From Spirochaetia bacterium (GTDB taxonomy: Bacteria > Spirochaetota > Spirochaetia > UBA9216), in contig OZ223264.1 in the NCBI GenBank assembly GCA_965140585.1, positions 236,829 to 300,828 on the forward strand: a DNA stretch of 64,000 nucleotides. Direction: 5' to 3'. Made by a program: the position numbers and the translations under genes. This document shows, piece after piece, positions 1 to 8,527 of this stretch. Positions within the stretch are counted from its first letter, which is position 1. Every line of letters starts with the position of its first letter. The notes under the pieces were generated by a model. That model had not been told where the DNA came from. It searched no databases and was given only the letters and a program-made list of their open reading frames with translations.

Positions 1-745
1 GGCAATCAGTTCAGGGATAAGTTCTACTGATACACCAGATGATAAAGCCTCAGAGGGTTTTGATAACAGTGCTGGTAATCTGACACTCTCTTTAATAAAT
101 GGGTTTATAACCGGAGATTGGGCACAGCTTATAACATCAGTTAAAGATTTGGTTTTATCAATTGAACCACTTAACATGGTCTTGGACCCGTTGCTGATAA
201 TTGTAAAACAGCTATTAGAAACAATCACACCTTCGATTTCAAATGTCTTAACTCCGCTTATTGGGGTGGTTGCTGCAGTCGGTGAATTACTTGGAACTTT
301 GGTTGTTCCATTGCTTGATATGCTTGTTCCGGTATTAGACGGAGTTGTTCAGGCGTTTTTACTTTTATATAACTACGGTCTTCGGTATCTGTTTGACGGG
401 ATTATCTGGGTGTTTAACTTCCTACATAATGTCGTTGTCTATATTGCAAACAGTATCATTGGATTTATAAATAAAGTATTCAAGACCAATTATAAAACAT
501 ACTCATATAAAGACACATCAACTGCCGATTACCTCCCAAAGATTACAGCTGAGTCAATTACAAGCAGCGGATCATCCTATGTTTCTGATAACTCATCTTC
601 AGGTGGTAATACAGCCACATATACAGGGGTAAGAGACATCTATGTCTATGTGACTTACAACGTTGGAATCTCAGCCCAAGACGATAAAGACATTGCTTTA
701 AAGATTAGAGATTTAATAAAAGAACAGGAGAAGCTTGGTTATTAA
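1..745 (+). CDS. Phage tail tape-measure-like protein, C-terminal part (5' truncated by window edge)
   Basis: Frame 2 is open from nt 2 with no stop, so the ORF 149..745 continues from upstream. Long hydrophobic/helical repeats (LVLSIEPLNMVLDPLLIIVKQLLETITPS...) are typical of tape-measure proteins. It sits directly before the tail-tip gene. Confidence 0.45.
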   Translation, partial: AISSGISSTDTPDDKASEGFDNSAGNLTLSLINGFITGDWAQLITSVKDLVLSIEPLNMVLDPLLIIVKQLLETITPSISNVLTPLIGVVAAVGELLGTLVVPLLDMLVPVLDGVVQAFLLLYNYGLRYLFDGIIWVFNFLHNVVVYIANSIIGFINKVFKTNYKTYSYKDTSTADYLPKITAESITSSGSSYVSDNSSSGGNTATYTGVRDIYVYVTYNVGISAQDDKDIALKIRDLIKEQEKLGY

Positions 746-3700
746 TGTTAGCTTACGTTGATTTTGGTTCAGGTGAATCAAACATTTCAGATTATATAAT
801 ATCTTCCTCATTCAAGCGGACACTTCAGCTATGTAATGAAGAATTGTGCTATGTAGTTAACAAATGCAGTTTTGAAATCAAAGGTTCAACGACTCTGAAA
901 CTTCAGATTATGAACAGCGATGATACAACAATCCGGATAACTGAAGACGATGGAACAGCGTATTTTAAAGGAAAGGTAAGAGGAACATTTGAAACCAAAA
1001 TCAGTTCTCAGGTAGGTAACCTAAAGGTTGAGTTGGTCGATAATCTCGATGACATAACAGCAACTGTTGAGACTGTTGATATATGGTCTGGGTATAAGAT
1101 ATGTGACAGTTCAAATACTTCGGCTTCTATACTGCATCAACTCTTTTATTTGGCTGGTTACTCTTCCTCTGATTTGAGCCTTGTGGATGTCGATGTGACA
1201 ATTCCATATTTCTATTTGGAAGAGGATACTGCAGTCATTGATATTATCAGTGATTTAACTTTTCAATACGGTCAGGTGATTAACTGTGAACTCGATGGAA
1301 CATTTAAGAATTACAGTATCTACTATGATGATTTAACAACTTCTTCTTATCTCAACAATACCAACATCTATGGTGAGCTTGGAATCAAGAAAGTTGAAGA
1401 GAAGTACAAATCGGTCAAGGTAATATGGAATCCTATCGAGTATGCAGCAGACAAGGTTGTCTTTTCAGATATTACAAACGGAACAACTTTATTGCAATGT
1501 AATATTGAATTAGAACCTTCTCAGTATTACCAAGATGATGATGAGATATTTGCCAACTATACCTACAATGATGAAGAGCTTGTCTATGTAGAAAATGCCT
1601 CTTTGGATATCAGCTGTGATGCTGATATTTCCTACTCAATAACTGAGGCTCCTAAGGGGGCTTATCTTTCTATTCAGAATACAAACTCAACAATCAATGA
1701 GAACATTACAAAACTCGATATCACAGGTGATGTATATTATAAAGGTGCACAGCACACTGAATATTCTTCAAACATTAGTGACACCAAAGATATAGAAGAG
1801 ATTGAAGCCTCTTACATTTTTGAAGAGGCTTATGCTCAGAATCTTGCGAGTTATCATGCTGTTTACTACAAGTATTCTGATTTCAAATACACTGCCAAAT
1901 CCAAAGACTATTATCCTATTGGGACACTTGTCCTGATAAACGAAACAGCATTTACCAACCTTGATGTTACTGGATTTGTCTCTCAGATTGTTGATGATGG
2001 AACTGGCTACTATACTTATACAATCTATTCAGTAAGTGAGTTCTCAGCACAGCCTATTACAACCAAAGTAAGTACAATCTCAAAGACCAACACCCAGATT
2101 TCAATTCCTACTATTGTTGAGGAAGTTTCAAATAATATTACCGTTGAAGGTGTTCCGACGTACAATGAGATAAACACAGGAGCTTCGTTGTTAAATGAAG
2201 GTTCTGCAACGACAACAATACCTGATGTGCCGACTGTTGTGGTTGAAGAATATTATAAATCACTCAGGATTGTTTACGATGTTCAAGACAACCTTTCAAA
2301 CTTTAGCCACTATGAGATTCAGGTTTCAGCTGATGAATCAAATTGGTATTCATTGGCTTCAGGTTCAAATTGGAAAGATACTCTTAATGATACTACAGCT
2401 ACTATTTTCTATTATCATACTCATGCAGGCATTCCTAACTCTGGAACAAGCCAAGAACCTACAGGAACAACTCTCTCATATAGAGTAAGACGTGTTACTT
2501 CTGCCAATGTTGAAAGTGATTGGTCAGATGTAGTAACAGGCACAACCAAGATTATCGAGACAGGTGATGTTGCTGCATCTTCAATAACTGCGGACAAGAT
2601 AGAAGCTGGTTCAATCACATCTGATAAGTTATCAACAGACTTATTACAGACACAGATTGCACAGGTCAGCGGAAGTATCACTATTGATAGTTCTTATGGG
2701 TTTGTTGGGGTTGATAATGATACAAAGAGAAGAGTCTACCTCGATACTGATGAAGTGGTCGTCGAACAATATAACGAAACAACTGGTGATAGTGTTGTTC
2801 AATGTAGAATGGGTGGAAAGATAAAAGGTGCACCTTCATCTTATATAATCGGAAATGGTTTAATTAAAAATGAAAATGTAGAGATTCCAACAGCAATCCC
2901 AGACACTACTTATAAATTCACATTTGAAACAGATTTCTCAGATACGACTGCTACTTATTATTTCTCAAATGATACAGAAACAACACCAACTATAGATACA
3001 TCAAAATATGTTTTTGGGACTCACTCCATGAAGCTTGTTTCAACTAATGGAGAATCTTCTGTTTCCGATTGGTTTATACCAACATGGACAGGTGGTAATC
3101 CATTCTTCTTTGCATCATATTTCTACATTCCTACTGGAACTACAGCTCACTTCTCTTTTCAAGTTGGAGCTGTGTATATGGATTGTGTGCATTTAGGTAT
3201 TTCTACACTTTCGGGTTGGGCTGATGGGTATGTTACTAAAGATGGTGTTGATTGTGGTGCAACAGGAACAATTGACATTCCATATGATGAATGGTTTCTC
3301 TGTGCAATAAGTTATGACCCTGTTTTAGATACATTAAGTGTATCAGTGAATGATAATTATATAACTGCAAGTATTGATAATTCAACAGCTTGGGCTGGTT
3401 CAACAGATTATATGATGGGAAACATTATTTATTGGAATGATACCAGTGAAAGTATTTACATGGATGAAACTGTCTTGGATGTTGAAACTTTTATAGATAT
3501 TAGTGAGGCAATTAAACAATACTCAAGAACTGAGACATGGAACATTGGTGAAGATATAAGTGATAACCTTTATTTGATACCAGGAGAAGGCGGTTCTGTA
3601 ATAATTGGTGGTGACATAACATTCTCAAATGCTTTTACGCTTACGGATGCAGAGATAACAACATTAAATACCACAACGTTGAATTCAACAAATATAAATG

Positions 3701-4299
3701 GAACTCAAATATGTGCTGGGTATGACCCGAATGTTGATAACTCTGTTAGTTGTTCAAATTGGTTTCGTTCATCAGGAAATACTGGGTGGTATAACGCTAC
3801 TTATGCTGGTGGACTTTATATGGTGGATACAACATATGTTCGGACTTATAACGGAAAGTATTTTTATGCAAACAGAGTTTATGGTGCTGTTGGTAATGAC
3901 TATGCAGATGCCATAGAAATTGATGAAGAGTTGAATGTTGATTTTGGCTATGTCTATGTTAGAACTGCTGAAGGTAAAACAAGAAAGTCAACCAAATATG
4001 CAGAAAAAGGGATCATCGGAATAACTACAAATACCCAGTCTTTTACTGCTCATTCTTATGATGGAGAAAAAGACAGATTACCAATTTCAGTTTCAGGATT
4101 TGTATTGGCTCATACAGATAGAATTTATAAATCAGGAACACCTCTTACTTCATCAAAAAATGGATTACTTACTAAGGCTAGTCTGATTACTCGTGTCTTT
4201 AAACCTGAAAGAGTTATAGCAACGTTTTATAAAGAGATAAGTCAAAATACTTGGAATGATGTTGATGTAAATAAAAGAAATATAGTGAGAGTTAAATAA
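745..4299 (+). CDS. Phage tail host-specificity / tail-fibre protein (gpJ-like, 1184 aa)
   Basis: ATG overlaps the upstream stop (TAATG). Contains an FN3-like segment (SHYEIQVSADESNWYSL...LSYRVRRVTSANVESDWSDV), the SITADKIEAGSITSDKL motif common in phage tail fibre/host-specificity proteins, and a beta-rich lectin-like C-terminus. Confidence 0.6.
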   Translation: MLAYVDFGSGESNISDYIISSSFKRTLQLCNEELCYVVNKCSFEIKGSTTLKLQIMNSDDTTIRITEDDGTAYFKGKVRGTFETKISSQVGNLKVELVDNLDDITATVETVDIWSGYKICDSSNTSASILHQLFYLAGYSSSDLSLVDVDVTIPYFYLEEDTAVIDIISDLTFQYGQVINCELDGTFKNYSIYYDDLTTSSYLNNTNIYGELGIKKVEEKYKSVKVIWNPIEYAADKVVFSDITNGTTLLQCNIELEPSQYYQDDDEIFANYTYNDEELVYVENASLDISCDADISYSITEAPKGAYLSIQNTNSTINENITKLDITGDVYYKGAQHTEYSSNISDTKDIEEIEASYIFEEAYAQNLASYHAVYYKYSDFKYTAKSKDYYPIGTLVLINETAFTNLDVTGFVSQIVDDGTGYYTYTIYSVSEFSAQPITTKVSTISKTNTQISIPTIVEEVSNNITVEGVPTYNEINTGASLLNEGSATTTIPDVPTVVVEEYYKSLRIVYDVQDNLSNFSHYEIQVSADESNWYSLASGSNWKDTLNDTTATIFYYHTHAGIPNSGTSQEPTGTTLSYRVRRVTSANVESDWSDVVTGTTKIIETGDVAASSITADKIEAGSITSDKLSTDLLQTQIAQVSGSITIDSSYGFVGVDNDTKRRVYLDTDEVVVEQYNETTGDSVVQCRMGGKIKGAPSSYIIGNGLIKNENVEIPTAIPDTTYKFTFETDFSDTTATYYFSNDTETTPTIDTSKYVFGTHSMKLVSTNGESSVSDWFIPTWTGGNPFFFASYFYIPTGTTAHFSFQVGAVYMDCVHLGISTLSGWADGYVTKDGVDCGATGTIDIPYDEWFLCAISYDPVLDTLSVSVNDNYITASIDNSTAWAGSTDYMMGNIIYWNDTSESIYMDETVLDVETFIDISEAIKQYSRTETWNIGEDISDNLYLIPGEGGSVIIGGDITFSNAFTLTDAEITTLNTTTLNSTNINGTQICAGYDPNVDNSVSCSNWFRSSGNTGWYNATYAGGLYMVDTTYVRTYNGKYFYANRVYGAVGNDYADAIEIDEELNVDFGYVYVRTAEGKTRKSTKYAEKGIIGITTNTQSFTAHSYDGEKDRLPISVSGFVLAHTDRIYKSGTPLTSSKNGLLTKASLITRVFKPERVIATFYKEISQNTWNDVDVNKRNIVRVK

Positions 4300-4811
4300 T
4301 GTCAGGTGAAACATTGGTTACTGATTCAAAATTCAGTCATTACTCATCCAGTTCATTTTCTGTTGGATCATCAGCTTATACATACGTACAAAGATTTGGT
4401 AGAGGTAATAGAGGTTATATGAATGGAACACCAAGAAGCAATATCTTCACTGATGATAGCTTTATTATGAGAATCTATTACTACTCAGGAGGATGGGTTC
4501 AATCTGCATCAGCAGTTTGTTCTACTGATGGAACAGCCGTTGGTCTTTATTGTTCTTCAACAGATAGTTATAGAACCAGATGGTATTTTCTTTGGGATGC
4601 AAGGCCGTATGGTGATGGTAAAGCATATTTTGCTGGATATGGCAGAGTGGGGACTGCATACGCAATTAATCACTCATCTTATCCTAGAGGAAAAAATCTT
4701 GCTTTGTATCGAATCACAAACTTTGGTTGTGATACTTCTAACACTTCAGCAACATCCGATAGTTCAACAGCAATAACTACAGCACATTATGTATGTACAA
4801 AATATCAATAG
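4299..4811 (+). CDS. Hypothetical phage protein
   Basis: Translationally coupled (TAATG) to the tail gene. No recognisable motif. Confidence 0.4.
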   Translation: MSGETLVTDSKFSHYSSSSFSVGSSAYTYVQRFGRGNRGYMNGTPRSNIFTDDSFIMRIYYYSGGWVQSASAVCSTDGTAVGLYCSSTDSYRTRWYFLWDARPYGDGKAYFAGYGRVGTAYAINHSSYPRGKNLALYRITNFGCDTSNTSATSDSSTAITTAHYVCTKYQ

Positions 4812-4823
4812 GAGATTTTAAAA

Positions 4824-5261
4824 ATGGCTTTACTCGTAGATTTAAAAGCAGATAGTAATTACTCACAAATAGATTTAACTGATGTCTATGTTCGTATAGA
4901 TAGAGTTCAGATACAACCCAAGTTTGGGATTATGAAAATGACAGTAGAGGGTTATATCAGTCCTGATGTCTCGTCTGTTATTAGAGGAATTGAACAAGCA
5001 CAGACAACCTTTGCTTCTAATTTCTTTGAAGAGGTGGGGAGTGATATTATTTCAGGCAGTTTGTATAACTCTGTCCAAGAAGAACGGAGTATGTTAGAAC
5101 CACCTCCATTCACACAAGATTATCCAGTAGCACTATTCAATGATGTATTTACTGTAAGGCTAACTGAAGAGACTGCTTCAACTTCTGTAGATGACCTTTA
5201 TCCCATCTTATATGAAATGCTTAAAACAGAAACAAGATTTCAGAATGTCAGGGATGCTTGA
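4824..5261 (+). CDS. Hypothetical phage protein
   Basis: ORF in the phage operon. RBS-like 'ggagat' upstream. Confidence 0.4.
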   Translation: MALLVDLKADSNYSQIDLTDVYVRIDRVQIQPKFGIMKMTVEGYISPDVSSVIRGIEQAQTTFASNFFEEVGSDIISGSLYNSVQEERSMLEPPPFTQDYPVALFNDVFTVRLTEETASTSVDDLYPILYEMLKTETRFQNVRDA

Positions 5262-5650
5262 TGGAAGAGGAGAGAAGAAAAGACAGAATTGATTTTCAAA
5301 CTTATATGGAGGTTTTGGTGAGCAACGTAAAAGAAACTGTCAAAATAGAACTGACCTCTGTAAAGCAGGAAATCAAGAACTTGGAAGAGAAGGTAATTAC
5401 TCGCATTGACCTTCATGAAAAAGAAAGCGGTAACAAGATAACAAACATTGAAGAAGAGTTGGACTGTCTTAAAACCAAGGTCTCAAGTATTGAAAACAGA
5501 GTTGAAGCTTTGGAGTTGAAACCTATCAAGGATAATTCTGAGACAATAGAAAAGTTTAAATCAACATTCAAAAAGATTCTGTATACCACATTAGCAGGAG
5601 GGATAATCACTTTTATTTTGTATTTAATAAAAATGTTTTTAGGTGTTTAA
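5258..5650 (+). CDS. Coiled-coil protein with C-terminal TM anchor (phage)
   Basis: ATGA overlap with the previous gene. Heptad-rich coiled coil followed by hydrophobic C-terminus TLAGGIITFILYLIKMFLGV. Confidence 0.4.
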   Translation: MMEEERRKDRIDFQTYMEVLVSNVKETVKIELTSVKQEIKNLEEKVITRIDLHEKESGNKITNIEEELDCLKTKVSSIENRVEALELKPIKDNSETIEKFKSTFKKILYTTLAGGIITFILYLIKMFLGV

Positions 5651-6116
5651 AATGTATATATTTCAAAATCACAACGACCTGTATCCAGTTATTCAGGATG
5701 TGGGTTGTTACTTTCGGTCATGCCTTCATATTGCCGAGTTAGAAAGTCACAAGATTCTATCACCAACTCAGATAAATAGATTATGGGATAAGGCAAATAG
5801 TTTAGGACAGATTATTGATTCTAATCTTAAAAAGCCAGGTCCGTTAATTGAACTTGGTTGCAAGGAGCTTGGATTAGATAGGACTGCCTTTGATGTCGCA
5901 ATCTTCAAGTATGGTCAGATTGATTATTATGGTTGGGTTAAATCACATCCTCAATACAAGAATTATAAATACCTGATTCAGAAAGTTCAGACTGTAAATG
6001 ATCATGAACATTATAGGGTTGTAGATGTATTTGGCAATGTAATATTTGACCCATATCATCCATCACCTGAAGTTAGCTTTATTTATAGTTCTATTCTGTT
6101 CTATGTAGGAGCTTGA
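5643..6116 (+). CDS. Putative Cys/His peptidase-type lysin (phage)
   Basis: Overlaps the previous gene. N-terminal QDVGCYFRSCLHIAE with a downstream His/Asp resembles C39-like/CHAP-like peptidases. Sits within a lysis cassette. Confidence 0.3.
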   Translation: MFKMYIFQNHNDLYPVIQDVGCYFRSCLHIAELESHKILSPTQINRLWDKANSLGQIIDSNLKKPGPLIELGCKELGLDRTAFDVAIFKYGQIDYYGWVKSHPQYKNYKYLIQKVQTVNDHEHYRVVDVFGNVIFDPYHPSPEVSFIYSSILFYVGA

Positions 6117-6120
6117 ATGG

Positions 6121-6552
6121 ATGGTAAGAAAGTTATTATCAATATTACTTGCACTCTTGTTGTTTCAGCCTGCCTATACTTGGGCGGATTCTTTACTGCC
6201 AGAAGTATCTATAGTCGAGCAGTTGACGAATGTAATATTTCAATTGCAGAAAGTACAGAACGATATAACCAGTTATCAGAAGCTTATACAAGAATTACAG
6301 AAATCAATTCAGACTTACAAGGCAGACTCGATTCAAGCATCTTTGAAGCTGAAAGAGCAACAGGCATTATTAAATCAATATCAGAAGGACTTGGAAGCAC
6401 ATCAGGAGACATACAATCAATTATTGAATGCCTACAACGAATTGTTGAACAGATTAGAGAATATGAAGGTTGTGAATAATATCTTAATCGGGACAACTGT
6501 CTCATTTGGCTTATTTGTAATCATTAAAGGTTTTATCATATGGAAAAGTTAA
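6121..6552 (+). CDS. Signal-peptide / coiled-coil / C-terminal TM protein (spanin-like?)
   Basis: MVRKLLSILLALLLFQPAYTWA signal-like N-terminus, long coiled coil, TM at C-terminus. An alternative overlapping ORF 6117..6479 in another frame is also coiled-coil; only one is likely real. Confidence 0.35.
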   Translation: MVRKLLSILLALLLFQPAYTWADSLLPEVSIVEQLTNVIFQLQKVQNDITSYQKLIQELQKSIQTYKADSIQASLKLKEQQALLNQYQKDLEAHQETYNQLLNAYNELLNRLENMKVVNNILIGTTVSFGLFVIIKGFIIWKS

Positions 6553-6713
6553 AAAGCAGAAAATTTATTACATGGATTGTAACAACTCTACTTTGCATAA
6601 TCTCAGTTTTTATAACTAAGACTATATCTCCAGAATTGATAAACTGCTATACAGTGATAACAGTTTTATATATTGGAGGGAATACAGTTTCTAAGTATTT
6701 TGAGAAACGATAA
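6540..6713 (+). CDS. Holin-like small membrane protein (57 aa, two TM), unannotated in ORF track
   Basis: ATG at 6540 overlaps the end of the previous ORF. MEKLKSRKFITWIVTTLLCIISVFITKTISPELINCYTVITVLYIGGNTVSKYFEKR* has two TM helices and a basic C-terminus. Stop TAA at 6711-6713. Confidence 0.4.
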   Translation: MEKLKSRKFITWIVTTLLCIISVFITKTISPELINCYTVITVLYIGGNTVSKYFEKR

Positions 6714-6716
6714 TGT

Positions 6717-7160
6717 TTAGGGTATCTCGATTGATGTTGAAGAACTTTTTATCCAATTGTCAAGTTGCTCGATTACTGATTTAATTTCAGAGGGTTTTTT
6801 CTTCTTGATTGCACATTCCCATATTATTGCTATCCGCCAGCCTTTACTTTTTAAATTCCGAATATTTGTACTATCTCTTTCTACATTCTCTTGTAATTTT
6901 TTTTGCCAAAATTCTGTTCTGGTTTTTGGTAGTACAAAAAGAGGGCAGTTGTGCATATGCCAAAAGCAACCGTGAACAAAAATGACTACTTTATGTTTGG
7001 TTAATACAATATCAGGTTTACCGGGTAATTTTTTTGAATGTAGAGAATATCGATATCCAGAAGCAAATAAACCTTTTCGAATTACAAGTTCAGGTTTTGT
7101 ATTTTTAGCTTTAATACCACTCATCATTTTTGAACGAGTGGCAGGCGATACAATATCCAT
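6717..7160 (-). CDS. vsr: Very short patch repair endonuclease Vsr
   Basis: Classic Vsr motifs: TRSKMMSGIKAKNTKPE, LPGKPDIV, IFVHGCFWHMHNC, FWQKKLQENVERD, GWRIAIIWECA. Confidence 0.9.
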   Translation of the reverse strand: MDIVSPATRSKMMSGIKAKNTKPELVIRKGLFASGYRYSLHSKKLPGKPDIVLTKHKVVIFVHGCFWHMHNCPLFVLPKTRTEFWQKKLQENVERDSTNIRNLKSKGWRIAIIWECAIKKKKPSEIKSVIEQLDNWIKSSSTSIEIP

Positions 7161-8407
7161 TATTTTACAAGCACTAAATCTTCATGCTTTTTCATTGCAT
7201 TGATAACAATCGGTTTAATAACTTTAGCAACTTCAGAAAAAACAGGGACAACTACACTATTACCAAATTGCTTATATGCTCTAGTGTCGGAAACCGGAAT
7301 GTCGAAACTGTCATCAAACCCCATTAATCTGGCACATTCTCTGGGCGTTAGCCGTCTTGGGTTTTTGTTTTTTTGGTGAACTAAAATTTCTGAACCATCT
7401 TTATAATATCTGGCAGATAGAGTTCTGGAAACGTCGTTTTCTTTAACAAGGCCAAATCCAAATCCATTTCCTTTTGCTCTATGTTTCTCGGCATAGTTTT
7501 GTAAATAAGCCCAAAGTTTATCTGTTAAAGTATATTTGTCATGTACCTTGTTATTTTTATGGTCAAAATATTTATCCTTATCATGTTCAAGGAAAAGTTC
7601 AGAACCATCTGTTTTGTGAAGGATGCTACCAATCTTAACTTGCCCTTTTGGTGGATAGTTTAACATATCCCAGTCAAACTCAGCTTCATTTTTGAATCCA
7701 ACAATAATTATTCTTTCTCTATGTTGTGGTACCCAATGTTGTCCATCTATTATGTGGGGATAGACATTGTATTCTAATTCTTCTCGAAGTGTTCGCATAA
7801 TTACTTTAAAGGTGTTCCCTTTATCATGTGATTTTAGATTCTTCACATTTTCAAGAACGAAAGCTTCTGGTCTTTTAGCATCGATTATTCGAGCTACATC
7901 GAAGAAAAGAGTTCCTTGTGTTTCATCTTCGAAACCATGCAATCTTCCAAGAGATATTTTTTTTGACACTCCAGCTATTGAGAATGGCTGGCAAGGGAAT
8001 CCTGCCAATAATACATTGTGGTCTGGAATCTCTGACACCTCAACTTTTGTTATGTCTCCGTTTAAGAGTTCACCATCTCTATAATTTGCAGCATAGGTTT
8101 TCTGAGCATATGAATCCCATTCAGAAGTAAAGACACATTCACCACCAGCTTTTTCAAAGGCATTTCTAATCCCGCCAATTCCTGCAAATAAATCTATAAA
8201 TTTGAATTCACCATTAGTCTTTTTACCGATAGTTTGTGCTGAAATCAATTTCTGTAATCTATCAACAACATAATCTTTTGGTTCAGATTCATTTTTTAAC
8301 CAACGTGTGACTGTACTTACATTTACATCAAGTTCGTCAGCAATCTCTCGTTTAGTATAATAATTTAATGCATTAGACAGATAATCGATAGTTTTGACTG
8401 TGCTCAT
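7160..8407 (-). CDS. dcm: DNA (cytosine-5)-methyltransferase, Dcm-like, with N-terminal XRE-type HTH
   Basis: Motif I FIDLFAGIGGIRNAF, motif IV GFPCQPFSIAG, ENVKNL. N-terminal REIADELDVNVSTVTRWL helix-turn-helix. Overlaps vsr as in E. coli dcm-vsr. Confidence 0.9.
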   Translation of the reverse strand: MSTVKTIDYLSNALNYYTKREIADELDVNVSTVTRWLKNESEPKDYVVDRLQKLISAQTIGKKTNGEFKFIDLFAGIGGIRNAFEKAGGECVFTSEWDSYAQKTYAANYRDGELLNGDITKVEVSEIPDHNVLLAGFPCQPFSIAGVSKKISLGRLHGFEDETQGTLFFDVARIIDAKRPEAFVLENVKNLKSHDKGNTFKVIMRTLREELEYNVYPHIIDGQHWVPQHRERIIIVGFKNEAEFDWDMLNYPPKGQVKIGSILHKTDGSELFLEHDKDKYFDHKNNKVHDKYTLTDKLWAYLQNYAEKHRAKGNGFGFGLVKENDVSRTLSARYYKDGSEILVHQKNKNPRRLTPRECARLMGFDDSFDIPVSDTRAYKQFGNSVVVPVFSEVAKVIKPIVINAMKKHEDLVLVK

Positions 8408-8419
8408 GAAATCCCCTCC

Positions 8420-8458
8420 CTGGGAACATATATTGCATTATGCACTATTTATTCCCAG
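8420..8458. promoter_or_regulatory. Inverted repeat CTGGGAA-N25-TTCCCAG containing a CCTGG site in the MTase upstream region (putative operator)
   Basis: Read directly: CTGGGAA at 8420-8426 and TTCCCAG at 8452-8458, in the 120-bp gap between the R and M genes. Confidence 0.3.
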
Positions 8459-8527
8459 ATGAACAGGTTTATTTTGAGTTAATTCCTCAGAAATGTCAAT
8501 TATTATAAAGATTATATATGAATGGAC

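Larger units (their letters stand above)
1..6713 (+). mobile_element. Prophage late region (tail plus lysis cassette), 3' portion
   Basis: Tightly coupled + strand operon with TAATG/ATGA overlaps. Order is tape-measure-like protein, giant tail protein, small ORFs, lysin/holin-like genes. Confidence 0.6.

Noticed and set aside
2195-2681. ORFs 2195-2488 (+) and 2421-2681 (-) inside the tail gene
   Set aside because: They lie entirely within or antisense to a 1184-aa coding region with coherent domain content. Low-complexity, shadow-ORF character.
6117-6479. Second coiled-coil ORF starting 4 nt before 6121
   Set aside because: Not fully rejected. Coiled-coil coding DNA often stays open in two frames, so I list only the longer frame as a feature and keep the alternative as a finding.
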